From assembly GCA_010909165.1 (NCBI GenBank), contig VJWM01000106.1, positions 682,001-746,000 of the forward strand: DNA of 64,000 bases, read 5' to 3'. Source of the DNA: Anthoceros angustus (taxonomy: Eukaryota; Plantae; Anthocerotophyta). A program made the position numbers and the translations under genes. Every line of letters starts with the position of its first letter. The first letter of the stretch is position 1. The notes below the pieces were generated by a model. The model had not been told where the DNA came from, ran no database searches, and worked only from the letters and a program-made list of their open reading frames with translations. This document shows, one piece after another, positions 35,850-48,957 of the stretch.

Positions 35850-38800
35850 TCAATAGTCTTTACCGAAACCTTGCAAACCCTGAGCTAGGTGGGCCAAGGA
35901 AGGTTCCGTTTGCGAGAAAGTACTGAGGAACATCATGAGGTCTTTCAATTCCCTGTTGAACTCAGCTTCCATTTTCCTGGTGAAACACCAAAAACGGTCG
36001 CAAGCGTGTCAATCACATGCTTAAGCTAGTCGCGTGTGTTAGCGACCACTTCCAAAACTAACGAAGAAAAGCCCTACCCGATCGTAGTCCTGAAGTTGTT
36101 GTCGTCCGATTCGTTCCAAGCTCGCACAACTGGGCCTTTGCTGCGATGTTTGGACTTTTTGCCATCATCGACTAATGCTTCTCCTTTACCTGAACCTGCA
36201 GCAGCCTTTCTCGTCTGCTCGCTGGCGGAACCGAGGGATGGTATCAACCATTGTGTGGCTGCGGCGTACTGTAGGCACGTCGATTTCAGCTTCTCTACTT
36301 TCTGCAACCGAGCACGACCATCCATTACACCCAAGTCACAATGCTGCGTTGCTATGTGCGGACCGAGCAAGAGTGACAGAGCTCACCTTAAGAATCTGGG
36401 GCCAGCAAAGCATGCACTCCTTCAAACATTTATCAAGAAAGATATCATGTTGCAACATAACCTGCAAACAAATGACAAGGCATGACCAATTTAGGCCGGG
36501 ATTAAGCACTGAAGACAAGGCCTGTAGCTGAAAGACGATGGTCATCGTAAGTATACTTCATCTATGCTTTTAGCAGCCTGCAACTTGGTCTCCATTTCAT
36601 GCCAGTTTGGTTCCAAGACCTGGTTAAAAATTCAAATCTGAGTCCAAACAGTGACATTCTTCACGCACAAACATGCGAACACAAAAAGCGAACTAATAAA
36701 AGTCCCTGAGTCGGGAGGCGTAATACCTCAAACGTCATGTAGTGTTCAAAGCTTTGCATGAAGTGCAACATTCGTTGACACAAAACATACGAACGAGAAA
36801 TAGAGGACGCCGCAAAGTCCAGACCCCTTGTTGCCTGCAATACATCAAGACCGAGATCGTCCTTACTTAACAAGAAGCTGGAAAATACTTCCTTCAGAAG
36901 ACAGTGGAATAATTTGACAAACCTGATGCGCTTGCCATGTATTGCAGAGTTGCCTTTCAACATGCTTGCAATGAAATAGATGCCGGAAGATAAGTTGATA
37001 CTTTGTCAAAGCTTTTCTTGAGATCACTAACGATGTTGGCCACCGGATCTGCACACGAGTCCAGCAAAGCTAAGCAGAAACCAAATCCAGTACGGCGGAA
37101 TAGAAGTCCTCGTCTAAGTGCCCTTTCGTAACAGAAGCTTCAAGGAGACACGTGGACCCATCTCAATGTCAAGCGGACAAACCTTATAGTCAAGGGTAAA
37201 AGTCTCCAAGCCAGTTGTACTGCCACTGGCTCCTTGGCTACCAGTATCCTGCACAGTCTTGTTGATGGATGCAAGCTCCAGCCGCAGATTCATATCCCCA
37301 GTTTCAGTTCCACCATTTGTGATATTTGACAACTGTGCAATCAAAGTCGATCTTTCCTGGTAATAAGGTGCAGTGCATCAGTACAATGCTAGGGCAAAGA
37401 AAGAACACCGATCCTCAGCAAAAACTCATTATATTACCACATTGCAAGCCAGGTCTTCATGATATGGATCAGCAGCTGCAACTGAAGTCCTCAGCGCCAA
37501 CTCCAACAAGGACTGCTCACCACAATAAGCACAAGAAGGCTATCAGCAGATGGTCAAAGTGTATGTACAAGGATAACACATGAGAGGCTTGCTGTAGATC
37601 TCACTTGCAGTTTTTCGACTGATATAGCCAAATGGCGTTTAGCAAGCTCATCCTTAGCTGTGTCCATAAAATGAACAAGAAAGTCACCCTGCCAGATACG
37701 ACCATGATTGTCAAAATGGTTGGAGATCTCAAGTGGGGTGGCATATCACCACCTAATCCAACAGCATATCCAGAACAAGGACTGACGATGCGCTTGCACC
37801 AACCTGATCAACTAGAAAGTAGTGTTTCAAGGAACGAAGCCTCCCAAATAGATCACTCTGCCATCCAAGAAATGCCACGATCCCGGAAATTTATGTGAGC
37901 AGGGTTGTTAAGCCAGGTAAAACAACCAACCAGAATGAAAGTACGAGGAATGGAGGTTTGATACCTTATAAACAATCAGTTTGAGGAGCTCCGCACTAGC
38001 ACAATTGTAGGCAATATGGATGCGCTCCAAATAAGGGCGTCGTGTACCTGAGGTCGAGACATCTTTTGAGAAAGGAATCTGTAAGCAAAGCATGAAACCA
38101 TTATCAGTTCCATGCTTGCTAAATTCTCACCAGGGCCAGAGCAAGCCAATCAAAGACTTAGAAAGTCTTGCCTGTATGTTGTGTCCACATTCACGAAGAG
38201 CATTCAAGTATTTTCCAGTTGTCAAGATGGTGTCAGCAGCGCTACTAAGGAAACCAGGGACATCTTGTCTCAGGCTATACCGCTGTTGCCAGAAAGTTGC
38301 ATTGTAATCCTGGCTCAGGCTCTCCTGGAATCAGTTCAATTGCTGGTCAGGTCTATGTACTAGCATAGGAACAGACATGTGAACAGGAAGGAAAGGTACC
38401 TTTTGCAATGCTTTATTTTCTTCAATGAGAAATTCGCCATATGGGTCATCAATAACTCCTTCGTACACCCAACTGCAAGCCAAAAACCAATCATGCATAA
38501 ATGCCTAGATACCAGGTTCCTAGCTACCCACATCCATGATGTTTCTTCTTGACATCATGCGGATACTCAATCAGGGACTCACCGTTCCAATATCCCAAAG
38601 TAAGGTGCACTAGCAGCTTGAGTAAGCTTTTGGAGTAAACCCCTAGCAGCACTGTCCCCAGCAAGTGCACTTGCCTATCAGGCACGCGCACTAGGTTATT
38701 GAAGCTACATCGCCAAACAGCTGGGACTTGAAACGCCAGGAGCTAGAAATACGTTCAGTGAGATACCTACCTGGCTTTGCAGCAGGTTCAAAATTGCAGC

Positions 38801-41334
38801 TCCTGTGAGATTTTTGGCAGTCGCCTTCTGTACTACAGCTGCCAATGCTTGCATTGCGCCCATCATAGGCTGTACACAGAAAACACAGTATCTAAATGGC
38901 AATAGACCAATTTTTAATTGCCAGATCATTGCAAACTTTCAGTGTCAAATGTCCAGAACACATCTAGTCACCTGACAGAAATACCAAAGTCCTTGCAGAG
39001 ACAAACGTGCTAGGCGGAATTGATGCTCCAACTGTGCCACCATTGCATGGTAGTCCTGCAGCAAAGCCAGTGTCAGGTCAAGATAAGATTATTTAGAGCC
39101 CTGACAGGCGGAGCTGTCCGTTCACAAATTTTTGCCCAGCCCAGCGTTACAGAAAGCTGCACACAAACTCCTCACCTGCAAAATGGCCTTCAAAGCAGCA
39201 GCCAAGGCATGGTTCACCAGCCCATACTTGAAATGTGACCTGGTTTCTGAGAAAATCGAGACACTCATATAATTCTCACTCAGAGGTAGAATACGCCTTG
39301 CCAACTCCTGCAAAGCAAGATGTGGATTTAAGCCACAGGTAGGTTACATCACCCTTGTCCACGCTGCTATCACTCTCACAAGAAGAAAACACGCCACAGT
39401 TGACCAACTGATTCTAACAATGTCAACATGGAAACCTGTCCATCCTCTTACCTGAAGAGAGGTATCCATGGAATGGTCAAGTGAGAATACAGCAACGACA
39501 TCTTTTGGTCTTGCTTTTCTTATTCGGATATATTTCCCCTCAATGCCGACCATTGTGAATAGTAAGTCATCAATCACTAGCAGTTCCTGCGATCCACATT
39601 CATACTCAAAATCCTTGTCACATTATTGGACACAATCAGAAACCCAACATGTAGACATGTTCCCAGAAATTGCGCAGGACAGTCCTCTAGTCCTCTAGAG
39701 TGCAAGTATGACCAGCAGACCTGAACTGCTGGAGCAAATGTTCCAAGCGTCCTCCCAGTATCACCATTGCTGTAGTAGGCAGACCAGGTGTTACAAAAAT
39801 CACAAAGACGAATGGCGAAAAGTAGCAGCACCATACCAATCGGTCCACACAATCTCAGGACTGGACACATTGATGACTAACCATCAGGGCCACAAACTGA
39901 ACCACACATCAAGAGCACTGGAGGAAAATTTTCCAAACCTGAGAGAATCTCTTTCCAGAGAACTTCCTCGATTGCGTTGTTGTATGAAGAACAGATCCTG
40001 AGAGGCAGTCACTGCTGTTAGGATGGGCTAATGCATATGCCAGTGAACAGGACTCTAGACACTGGAGGACTAAATAGCAACCTTCACACTGAAAGCGGAT
40101 GAGAAGCACCTGCAGGTGAGCCACCGACCTGGCTAAGAAAGCGAGAAGTGAGATACGGGCGGTCTACATTCCATGGAGGAGTTGCTGGATAGGAAACTCC
40201 TTCAACCAGAGGCTTGGCTAAATCATTCACCTCTGCCAGCACAAAGGAGAGGTTGGGTTGTGGTCACAGGGTCAAGAGAGCAGTATGTTCGGAGAAACAA
40301 TGAGTTCTTTGAAATAGATAACTTACTGCTCTCTGATCGTGCTGATGAACCAGGTGACCCAAGTCTTCCCTCATCCAAAGCAAGATTGTGAAGCTGCTTA
40401 ACAACGCGTGGACTAGACATACCAGGACTGGAAGGACGGGGACTTGAAGGAACCCGAGGACTAGCTGTAATGCTGTCACTGATGCTCGTAGCCCGTTTTG
40501 TCGGCGTCCAATCTGCCTCAGCAACGCTAGCAGGAGCACCAACTGGCTGCAGACATTTCTTGAATACTTAGAGACATGAACCCACAGTTGCTAACATATG
40601 CACACCTGCTCCTCAAAATAAGCAACGTAAGCATTCCATTGCATGTTACAACTCCAGAAAATTCATGGCTTCACCTCAGCCTGGACTCTGGCAGGGCTGC
40701 CTGTCATCAAGACATCAGATTCGGACCTTCCAGACTCTGAGCCTGGTGTCGCTTCAGCAGAGCTAGGCACAGACACGAGCTGCTTGACATCCGGGTCCGC
40801 CATAATCTGGCCCACTAACCATATGTAGCGATCAATGCCGCGCACTCTGAAAAATAGTTGCCAAGCATGCTCAAGGATCATGATGCTTGAGTGCAAACTC
40901 GCTCTCAAGCGGGACTGTGCAGGGCTCTCAACAGTACTACTAATTCAGCTAAATTTGTTTCCACAGCCACAACAAGCTGACATACCCGGCATCCTTGAGG
41001 TGCTCAATCTTCTGCAGAAGCTTCTGCGGGAAAGGAGACGCCGCTAACAACAAACGCTGTTCTTGCAGGAGCTGGAGCTGCAAAGCGATAATCATCACAG
41101 CACAATGAGACCAGCTCTCAGACTGAACAAAGCAGAATCGCAGCTGCACAGTCCCCAAACCTTGGGAGGCCCTGGACCAGCCGCAGCCTTCTGCAGCGCG
41201 GGCAACAGCTCTCCGGTGTCAGTAACGAGATTGCCATGGAACAGAGCCGCGGCCTCGGAGCTTTTCTTGCACACAACGACCAGCTCCTGCAGCAACTCCT
41301 GCACCTTGACAGAATCCGGTGCCTCCCGCGCCAT
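35850..41334 (-). CDS. GCP2: Gamma-tubulin complex component 2 (SPC97 family), multi-exon
   Basis: [24 protein letters not shown] / [23 protein letters not shown] / [23 protein letters not shown] / [10 protein letters not shown] / [32 protein letters not shown] / [14 protein letters not shown] / [17 protein letters not shown] / stop at 35850-35852. Confidence 0.92.
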
Positions 41335-42005
41335 AATTCCCCTTCCTCTAGGCCACAACGCCCATTCCCGACGCCGAGTTGCCTGCTCCCAGACTCCGAT
41401 TCAGCACGGCCATCTAGCGCACCAAACCCTCCCTCCACGGCGTCCGCTGCCCTTTCCCGCCATTTCTGATCCTCTCCCGGCCCACAGTTCCGCCCATGCT
41501 CAGACGCAATGCACGCAGGCTGAGCTCCTGCATCCCCTTCCCCGCCTCCATTCACGCATTCCCGCAGCGGCAGCCTGCAACCGATTCTCCTCCACCTGTT
41601 GCTGGCATCACGCGCATTCAAAATCTTGCACCACGGCGCCAAACTCGGCTCCCTTGCCCAGACTGAGGTTTATTAATAAAAATGTCCATTGCCGTCAACA
41701 CATTGTCAAGTTCATGCTGGCGATGATTCCAAACATCCACAGCAAAATCATGGATGCATATCGTGGATGCATAAGCATTCAGACCAAGACGATTCATCAG
41801 AATACAATGTGTGCTTCTCTGTACTCTGTAGCATGTCCCGTAGCTTATATTCACAAGTTCATGTATGAATTGCCAGCTGTTGTTCCATGTGCAGGGCTGG
41901 TGAGTTCTGAGCTGAAGCTCGAAAAAAGAGATCTGTACTTGACAACTGATGCCAAGGATGAGAGACTTCCCGGGGGAACATGTCAGTTGTCAAACGGATA
42001 AGGTT

Positions 42006-42849
42006 TTAGAGCCAGGCAGGGTGATCCACTGGGATCCGGACGAGGTCTGTGTCAAAGAGCTCGATGAACTGCACAGTGACAACAGAGGCAACGAGTTGGA
42101 TGGTGATCTGAAGCTGCTGGATGCTGTAATGTATACAAATATTAGGGCGAGAAGATGAATGCCTGTTCGTTGAGCAGACGAACTTTGCTCCCTGCATAGC
42201 GCCTGTACTCTTCAAAGATGGCCGTGAGGTTCCACCGCTGGAGCTTCCTCAGACATCCTATCACTGTGCCTGCAGAGCCAGAACATGAGGAAATTGCATC
42301 TAGACACGAAGCAAAGCAGCCTTGCCTTGCCTTACCTGTTCTTTGCCGACCCAGATTGCACATGACATGGAGCGGATAGTACTGAGGTGACAGAATGACC
42401 TGCAGGCAGCTGCAGGTTTGTGGGTGCTGAAGTGTAGGAAGGATCCTCGCATTTGGTGGACAAGACAGAAGAAGAAGAGGCATGGGGTGAAAGCAAGCAC
42501 CTGAAGGGCCGAAAGGACCTCTGCCTCCGACATGGGGCTGCCCAGAACGTTGTTGGACTGCTCATCAAACCCAGATGGTCTCACGAGGTCGATCCCCTGG
42601 TCGTCCAGAAAGTTGAGGCTGCAAGCCAGGTTTGACAAATTTCAGTCCTACCCACATGCGTGCAGCACCTGGCGTGAGTGAGAGGGACGAGATGTACAAG
42701 GCCTGTGACGGCTGGTCATGGGATAGATAGATGACGGTCTTGAGGTTAAGGCGCTCCAGGAAAGGGAAGTTGAGCTGGTGAGCATGGCCAGAGCGGCTGA
42801 GATCGTATTCCACCATCCCGTAGTTGAAGGGCGGAACAAAGTAAGACAT
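42006..42849 (-). CDS. PFA-DSP atypical dual-specificity phosphatase, OCA1-like (5 exons)
   Basis: FVPPFNYGMVE..RSG..LNFPFLERLNLKTVIYLS / YPLHVMCNLGRQRTG / TVIGCLRKLQRWNLTAIFEEYRRYAGSK / FIELFDTDLV..PAWL*; CX5R motif present. Confidence 0.85.
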
Positions 42850-43633
42850 GTTGACCCGACGCCTCCCACCTCCGCACTTCCTGCCCTGCCCTCCACTGAC
42901 TACACAATCCAGCTGCAAGACGACAAACCATTTCACCCACTCCTACGTTCCATCTACAGGACCGCAGGCATGTTTAACGGATATAATAGTAATTTTGGGG
43001 CAGATTGAAACAAGACGAGAGAATATGGCATGGTCCCCGTGTGTGGGCTTGCATTTGCCTTCCCTGGTGGCATGCAGTGCTGAGAAGACGATTCGGCGGC
43101 ATCGGGCATAGTTATCTCAGCTTGTGCTGGAAAGAATTCTCCATGTTAGGTCGGGCCAAGCACGAGGAAGCTCTCCGATCACAGCTTAAGCACCCAAACA
43201 GTGTGGATGTTTCGATTTGTGCTCATGGAGTGGCTACATCTAAGGGCTCGTACATGCTTGGAGGCTGTACCAATCACCAAGTGGACATATGTGAAGGAAG
43301 GAAAAAAGGAGCTGGAATGGCTAGGAATAAGGAAGGGGAAGGACACGCAGCAGCCTTGCCTGTCTGCATAATCGCTTCTCAGTTTGGCCAGCCATGTCTT
43401 GCCTGCTTCCGGCTGTAGGATCCTCCACCTAATATATGCTAGATGTGATCTGAAGAAAACGCTTTCCCATTGATACCCGATGGCCATTAGGGCTGCGGGT
43501 ACGGAAAACGACGTAAAGGCCACCGAGGTTCGGCTCTAATTACTATTATTTTTAAATGCCGAAAATATAAAACAAGGGTATCCAAAGCCTTCACAATGGA
43601 CATGGTCATCGTTACTCTTTGGATAGCACTCCA

Positions 43634-43725
43634 GGTAGTGATCTGAGCGGGTTGCTTAACCAAAAAGTACCAATGAATTCGTAGTGATCTAAGCGGGGCT
43701 TAACCAAAAAGTACCAATGAACTCC
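43634..43725. repeat. Tandem duplication of about 45 bp
   Basis: GTAGTGATCTRAGCGGG..CTTAACCAAAAAGTACCAATGAAYTC twice. Confidence 0.8.
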
Positions 43726-43980
43726 TAGCTATTGTGTAGCTGCTCAGGAGAGGACATGATGTGCATATGGGACATAGGTAGGGTTTTGATTTCATCTAGC
43801 ATGCCATCTGATATCCAGGTATAGTTTTTATGGATTGTAAAATTATTATTAAAAAATTAAAATCTACAAAAAAGTGTTTTTCCATATACACCAGAACAAT
43901 TGAAATAGCAAGTATTGCATAAAAAGTTATCACATACATTTCTCAATTCTTACTTTGTTTCAGTAATATACTGTTGAGCC

Positions 43981-44847
43981 ATGGGTCTGATTAAAAATGA
44001 GTTAGGAAGAGCTGTGTCTTCATCTGAACTACTTATACAAGCAGTGGAGAAGGCAATTGCAAAGGACTTCCTACCAAGTTCCACAAAAAGACTAGCTCTT
44101 AATCTTATAGATTACTGTAATGGAAAATTAGATGACCTTTTGTTGCTAGAAAAAGAAGTTGTTGTAGAACTTTTATCATGTCTAACATCACACTGGACAA
44201 AAGATCAAATCAATTGTATGATAAGTCTTTTAGAGACAATTCAGAGTATTCCATGGCCAATTTTGCCTGTTAGCAAAATCTTGTCTAATTCAGCTGGTAG
44301 TAGTGTTCTCAGAATTGGAAGATATGACATTTTGAAAAATGAATTTGTTACACTTGGCACCATTGTGATTTGCATCTCAAGGCCAAGAGTTGGTGTGACA
44401 CCTAGGCATTGTGTTATACACCCTGATGGACATATATATGAGACACTTCTTCGTGTAGTGCTACCGGCCAATTTGGATCGTGAAGATCCTGAATTTGTGG
44501 AGGTTGAACATATAGTAAGTTATACAGACGTAGATTTGTCATTTTTTAGATTAAAACGTGACAAAGAGCAAGTAAAACACATACCCTGTTGCTATAGTTA
44601 CACAAATGATAACTTTTTAGATTTTATAAGAGTGGGGATGAATATCAATTATGTAAGTCATCCAAAATTGGTTGATGATGAATTTGATGTAGACGGACGT
44701 GATGGTAGTCCCTTTATTTCAAACGGGATTGTTTCTAAGATAGTTAATAATAAATTTGTGGTTGCCGATTATGAAGATATTTCTAATGGATCCGGTGGAG
44801 CAGTTTTTCTGAATGGCTTGTTACTTGGTATACATATCACACAGTAA
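43981..44847 (+). CDS. Orphan protein: helical (SAM-like?) N-terminus plus trypsin-like serine peptidase; downstream exons to about 46330 carry stops
   Basis: His motif GVTPRHCV, Asp motif DVDLSFFRL, Ser motif ISNGSGGAVFLNGLLLGIH. The stop overlaps a GTAAG donor, and small GT-AG exons follow. Confidence 0.7.
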   Translation: MGLIKNELGRAVSSSELLIQAVEKAIAKDFLPSSTKRLALNLIDYCNGKLDDLLLLEKEVVVELLSCLTSHWTKDQINCMISLLETIQSIPWPILPVSKILSNSAGSSVLRIGRYDILKNEFVTLGTIVICISRPRVGVTPRHCVIHPDGHIYETLLRVVLPANLDREDPEFVEVEHIVSYTDVDLSFFRLKRDKEQVKHIPCCYSYTNDNFLDFIRVGMNINYVSHPKLVDDEFDVDGRDGSPFISNGIVSKIVNNKFVVADYEDISNGSGGAVFLNGLLLGIHITQ

Positions 44848-46373
44848 GCTACTTACAAATCATTGAGTTCATAATTTAACTAATTAATTTTTATTTTCAT
44901 GTAGAGATCCATGATATATAGCTAACATTGAGCAAATAGACATGCTAGCAAAAAGAAAGCAAATTGATAATCATCTTGCAGAAAATTCTACATATACCAA
45001 AAAGCACAAATCCATCAATGTCCTGTAATAAAGGAACATTACATCTAACAATGGAAAACGTTTCTATGATCCTTGGATACTATAAGTATTTGGCATTTAA
45101 CTGAAATTACCGCCTATGAGAAAGACTTAAAAGAATGGCGATGGACAAGCACAGAAGGAGTTGAAAAAGATGAAATTGTTGATAGATTTACGACGAATGT
45201 AAATTTTACAAGTACAATTCCAAATTGTAAACATCCCAGCTGGGAAGAGTGCGCTAACTTTATGCAACATAATGTTGATCATAAGGGTTCACTCAATATT
45301 TTTGTTCCATGGTCCGTAATCTTGAAGAAGTTAATTGAAAACGAAGTTGTATTCATGAACAAAAAAGGCCTCCTTCAGGCTAGAAAAATCAAAATTGACA
45401 ATCCAGTAAGGTAAAATTGTTAAAGCTCTCTAATATACCAAAGTAATGTTACAATTTTTCTTCGTATCAACTTGACTAATTTTGCATTGACAATTTATTT
45501 TCAGCACAAGCAAAGGTGATGAGCCTATCAATGTAGGACCTAATGGTAATTGGAGTATAACATATATTTCTTTTGGTAAAATTGTAGTATAACTTATAGT
45601 TTTCCTTCAAAATAACCTATTAATGACACTTTTCAGGAAGAGGAGAGATGGGTTGAGCCCATCTACATAACCACCACTATATCTTTATACTCTTTATAAC
45701 TAAAATATCTTTTTACTTTATATTGCAGAGACAAGAAAAGACAGTCTTCAAAGCTCGTCAATAGAGTAATATATCAATTATTTTTCCTTATCTATTAGCA
45801 TATGAATAAGATAATTAATTAAGAAAATCAATAAATTACTAAGAACCATGATTTACATTACTTTATATGCCTATCTCATAACTTTTAGAAAACTATTTTA
45901 TGCAGAGACCCCCATCATAGGATACCAGCTCCTCAACAAGGAGTACCCATAGAGATAGTGCGAAGGTAAAATTGATATTAGATTATTTGTTTAAACCAGA
46001 ATTATATTTACATATGTTTATGTTATGCCTCGTTTAGGTGCATCTTCAAGATCTTTCAATATCAACGTGAAAAATTTAATTGGTATATTTTATACTAAAA
46101 ATATTTAATTGATATATCTGTAGACTCATTCCTAAACAAGAACTTACAAGAAGGGAGTCTTCATCATCTACTGTAAGTGTTTCCAATCATACTTACGTAT
46201 AAGACACCGTATGAGAATGGAATGTTATCTTCGAGTTGTTTCCGTCAAAAGATTCTAAGTATTGTGTATTGTAATATCAGGTGAGCAAGAAATCGAAAAA
46301 TGGTGTTTTACCATCAAGTTTATTAAAAATTGAGAAAATGAGCTCTAGGTAAGTACAAAGTTTTTAATAGGTT

Positions 46374-46375
<2 letters not shown>

Positions 46376-46452
<77 letters not shown>
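46376..46452. repeat. (AT)n microsatellite
   Basis: About 77-bp pure TA run. Confidence 0.97.
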
Positions 46453-46456
<4 letters not shown>

Positions 46457-47974
46457 AATTTAAAAATATATAATTTTTCTTTCTTCAGGAAAAAATAAAC
46501 AAGTTGGAACAACAAACCTTTTCTCAAGGTTAGCATCAATAAAATGTAAATAACGCCTTCTACGAAAATGTGCTTTCTTCCATAAAATGTATCTAAAGAA
46601 GATTGTGCTTTCTTTTGGTAACAAGACTATGCTCTAGAAAACAAAGACTGCTAGAGTTGCCAGATGCCCTAACTCGGGGTTTGCTAAAGTTCTGTATTTC
46701 TTTGGTCAGTAGGTAGGCAAATATAGGGAATGCAAATATGGGGACTAAACTCATATTATATAACATTCAATAACATCATTCTTGTAGATGTTAATAATTC
46801 ACATATTTTCCAATAACATATTCAATACCTACTGCAGTACCCTTGTGAGTGATTCTGTGTTAATTAATTTAAATTAGTAAAATTTAAATTCTAAAAATTA
46901 CTATACTTAAAACGCCGAATGTGTAAAAATTTACGAGTTTAAGATGCCGAAAACTAGGGTTTGTGTGGAAAATTAGGGCCTGTTTAAGGGAGCTTTATAC
47001 ATATCCATTAGCTCTATATAGATACCTATGTATTCTAATAAATATTAAAATTTGATAAAATTATTTTTCATAAATATTGAAATTTTAAAAATATAAAAAT
47101 TTATGTTGAACTTGATTTTTTTAAAAATAATTATTTCGGTATAACCCTGTTGAGCCACCTCTTGGGGTATGGTACTTATATTTAGTAAATCATCTACCTA
47201 TGTACTTATCTAAAGTTAGATTGAACATTTTATCTCCCAGTGCCCCACATTCTATAAGTAAAGAACCAAGCTTCTTCTGAACCTATGACAATGTCACTCC
47301 CTAAAGTAGCTAATGCAAAAGGCACCCAAGAGCTTTGCATGCTACCTCCAAACGACTAAAGTAATCAGGGCAACAGAAAAACAACAAATGTCATGATAGT
47401 TAAGCCTTGAATTTTGAAGTCTGAAAATAAAAGCACTCTCAGTCAGATCCTGCCGTCAAAGGGTGTGCCGCATTCTATCTGTGAATGAAGAGTGCGCATA
47501 ATTTATGTATGTATTGAAAGTATTATTTTTTAGCGAATTCAGAGACTTTATAGATATTTCAAAGTACACATCTATTGAGAATTTGAACTAGAGTCATCTC
47601 GTAGGACACTAACTTTGAATTGGAGTAACCCTGTAGAGTAGTAATAATTGGCGATCCCGCACGCTGCGGAGATGAAGGCAGGATGTTTATAACTAGTAGC
47701 CCTGTAGGGCCATGAAGCTGGAGAATGAAAGATACCCCATGCGGACAACTGGGGGATGAGTGGCACCCCATTTGGGAGGGAGTTCCAATGAACCTATGTT
47801 CGTATGTCACTCCTTGAAGAAAGGACTTGTATTTTAAATATTGAAGCTTTTTGTTCTGCGAGCATTTATTATTAATCTTAAATATAATTAATAGTAATGC
47901 CATTTGTATGTAGTTAATTGTTTTTGTTTCTTGAACCAGCTCCCAACATGGAATAGCCGGATCCGGATTTTCAC

Positions 47975-48045
47975 ACGGAGATTGCGAAATTTTCACATCG
48001 ACATTGTGAGATTTTTCACATCGACATTGCGAGATTTTCACACCG
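47975..48045. repeat. Tandem repeat of about 21 bp, 3 copies
   Basis: TTGYGARATTTT(T)CACAYCGA repeated. Confidence 0.75.
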
Positions 48046-48250
48046 AGATTGGGGACAGATCGTGATTTTCTTCTTCCGTGATCACTACCGTGCTTTGCAT
48101 TCCACTGTTTGCTTGCGACATGCTTCGCCAATTTTGATGAAATGCTATCCGAATTTGTTTTTCCAACACATGCCGAATTGGAGGCTTGGAGACTTGTGTG
48201 ACATGCCCTAAGCAAGCTGCCTCTGAGCGGTGGGTACTGCTAATTATATA

Positions 48251-48340
48251 CACTACTAGAAAACGGGGCCTTTTACTATGGACATTTCTATAGGTTTTAC
48301 TATGACTTTACTAAAGATATAGTGCAATACTCGTAGTAAG
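48251..48340 (+). mobile_element. CACTA (EnSpm) left terminal inverted repeat, orphan
   Basis: CACTACTAGAAAACGGGGCC followed by TTTTACTATG subterminal repeats; no matching right end found. Confidence 0.7.
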
Positions 48341-48619
48341 CTGTGTCCACTTTTTTAATATAATAAAATTTTGAGCTATCAACTTATGACTAAATTGCCT
48401 GAAATTGCCTGAAACAAAAGGTGATCATCTAGATAGACATACCCAAAAAAATTCAGCTCCGAAAAATCATATTAAAGATATAAACTTTTTGTAGCTGGAT
48501 TTGACCATGAAAGTACATATGTAACACTCAATGTGTACGAGTGCAACCACTCAGAGAGAGAGTCCCTGTCCACCTATGCTCGCCGGGAGGAGAGAAAAGT
48601 TTAACATGTACATATGCGA

Positions 48620-48957
48620 GGTATGGCAGCATGGAGGATGATCAGCAACAGGTTGACGGACTTGCTCGCATTGAAAGATGTGGTGACATGGACCTCTCTC
48701 ATTGCAGGGTATGTCTAGCAGGGGATGGGGCAGGAAACCCTCCATCTCTACCGGGTCGGACGCAAGCAGCAGGCATCTCTGTACCCAATTATGTAACTTT
48801 TGTCTGCCTCCTGCAGGCATGTGCCAGCGTAGGAACCCCAGCTTTGGAGACAGGGAAGTAGATCCGTGGGAATCTCAGGGAACTAGGACATCAAGCTGAT
48901 GCATTTGTAGCCAGCAGCTTGGTAAGCATGTATGCCAAATATGGCAGTCTAGAGATT
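48620..48957 (+). pseudogene. PLS-PPR fragment, inverted paralogue of the adjacent minus-strand PPR
   Basis: KDVVTWTSLIAGYV*QGMGQE..PNYVTFVCLLQACASVGTPALETGK*..VSMYAKYGSLE, cut by CACTA at 48958. Confidence 0.85.

Larger units (their letters stand above)
43535..47696 (+). mobile_element. Putative non-autonomous Helitron-like AT-rich element carrying a peptidase gene
   Basis: 5' TCTAATTACTAT..AAATGCCGAA at 43535, with a second similar motif at 46890. 3' hairpin (ATCCCGC..GCAGGAT, inner CCGCA/TGCGG) then CTAG|T at 47693-47697. The base before the 5' TC is C rather than the canonical A. Confidence 0.45.

Noticed and set aside
41063-42001. 312-aa plus-strand ORF
   Set aside because: Antisense to GCP2 exon 1 and its promoter; low-complexity, no motifs.
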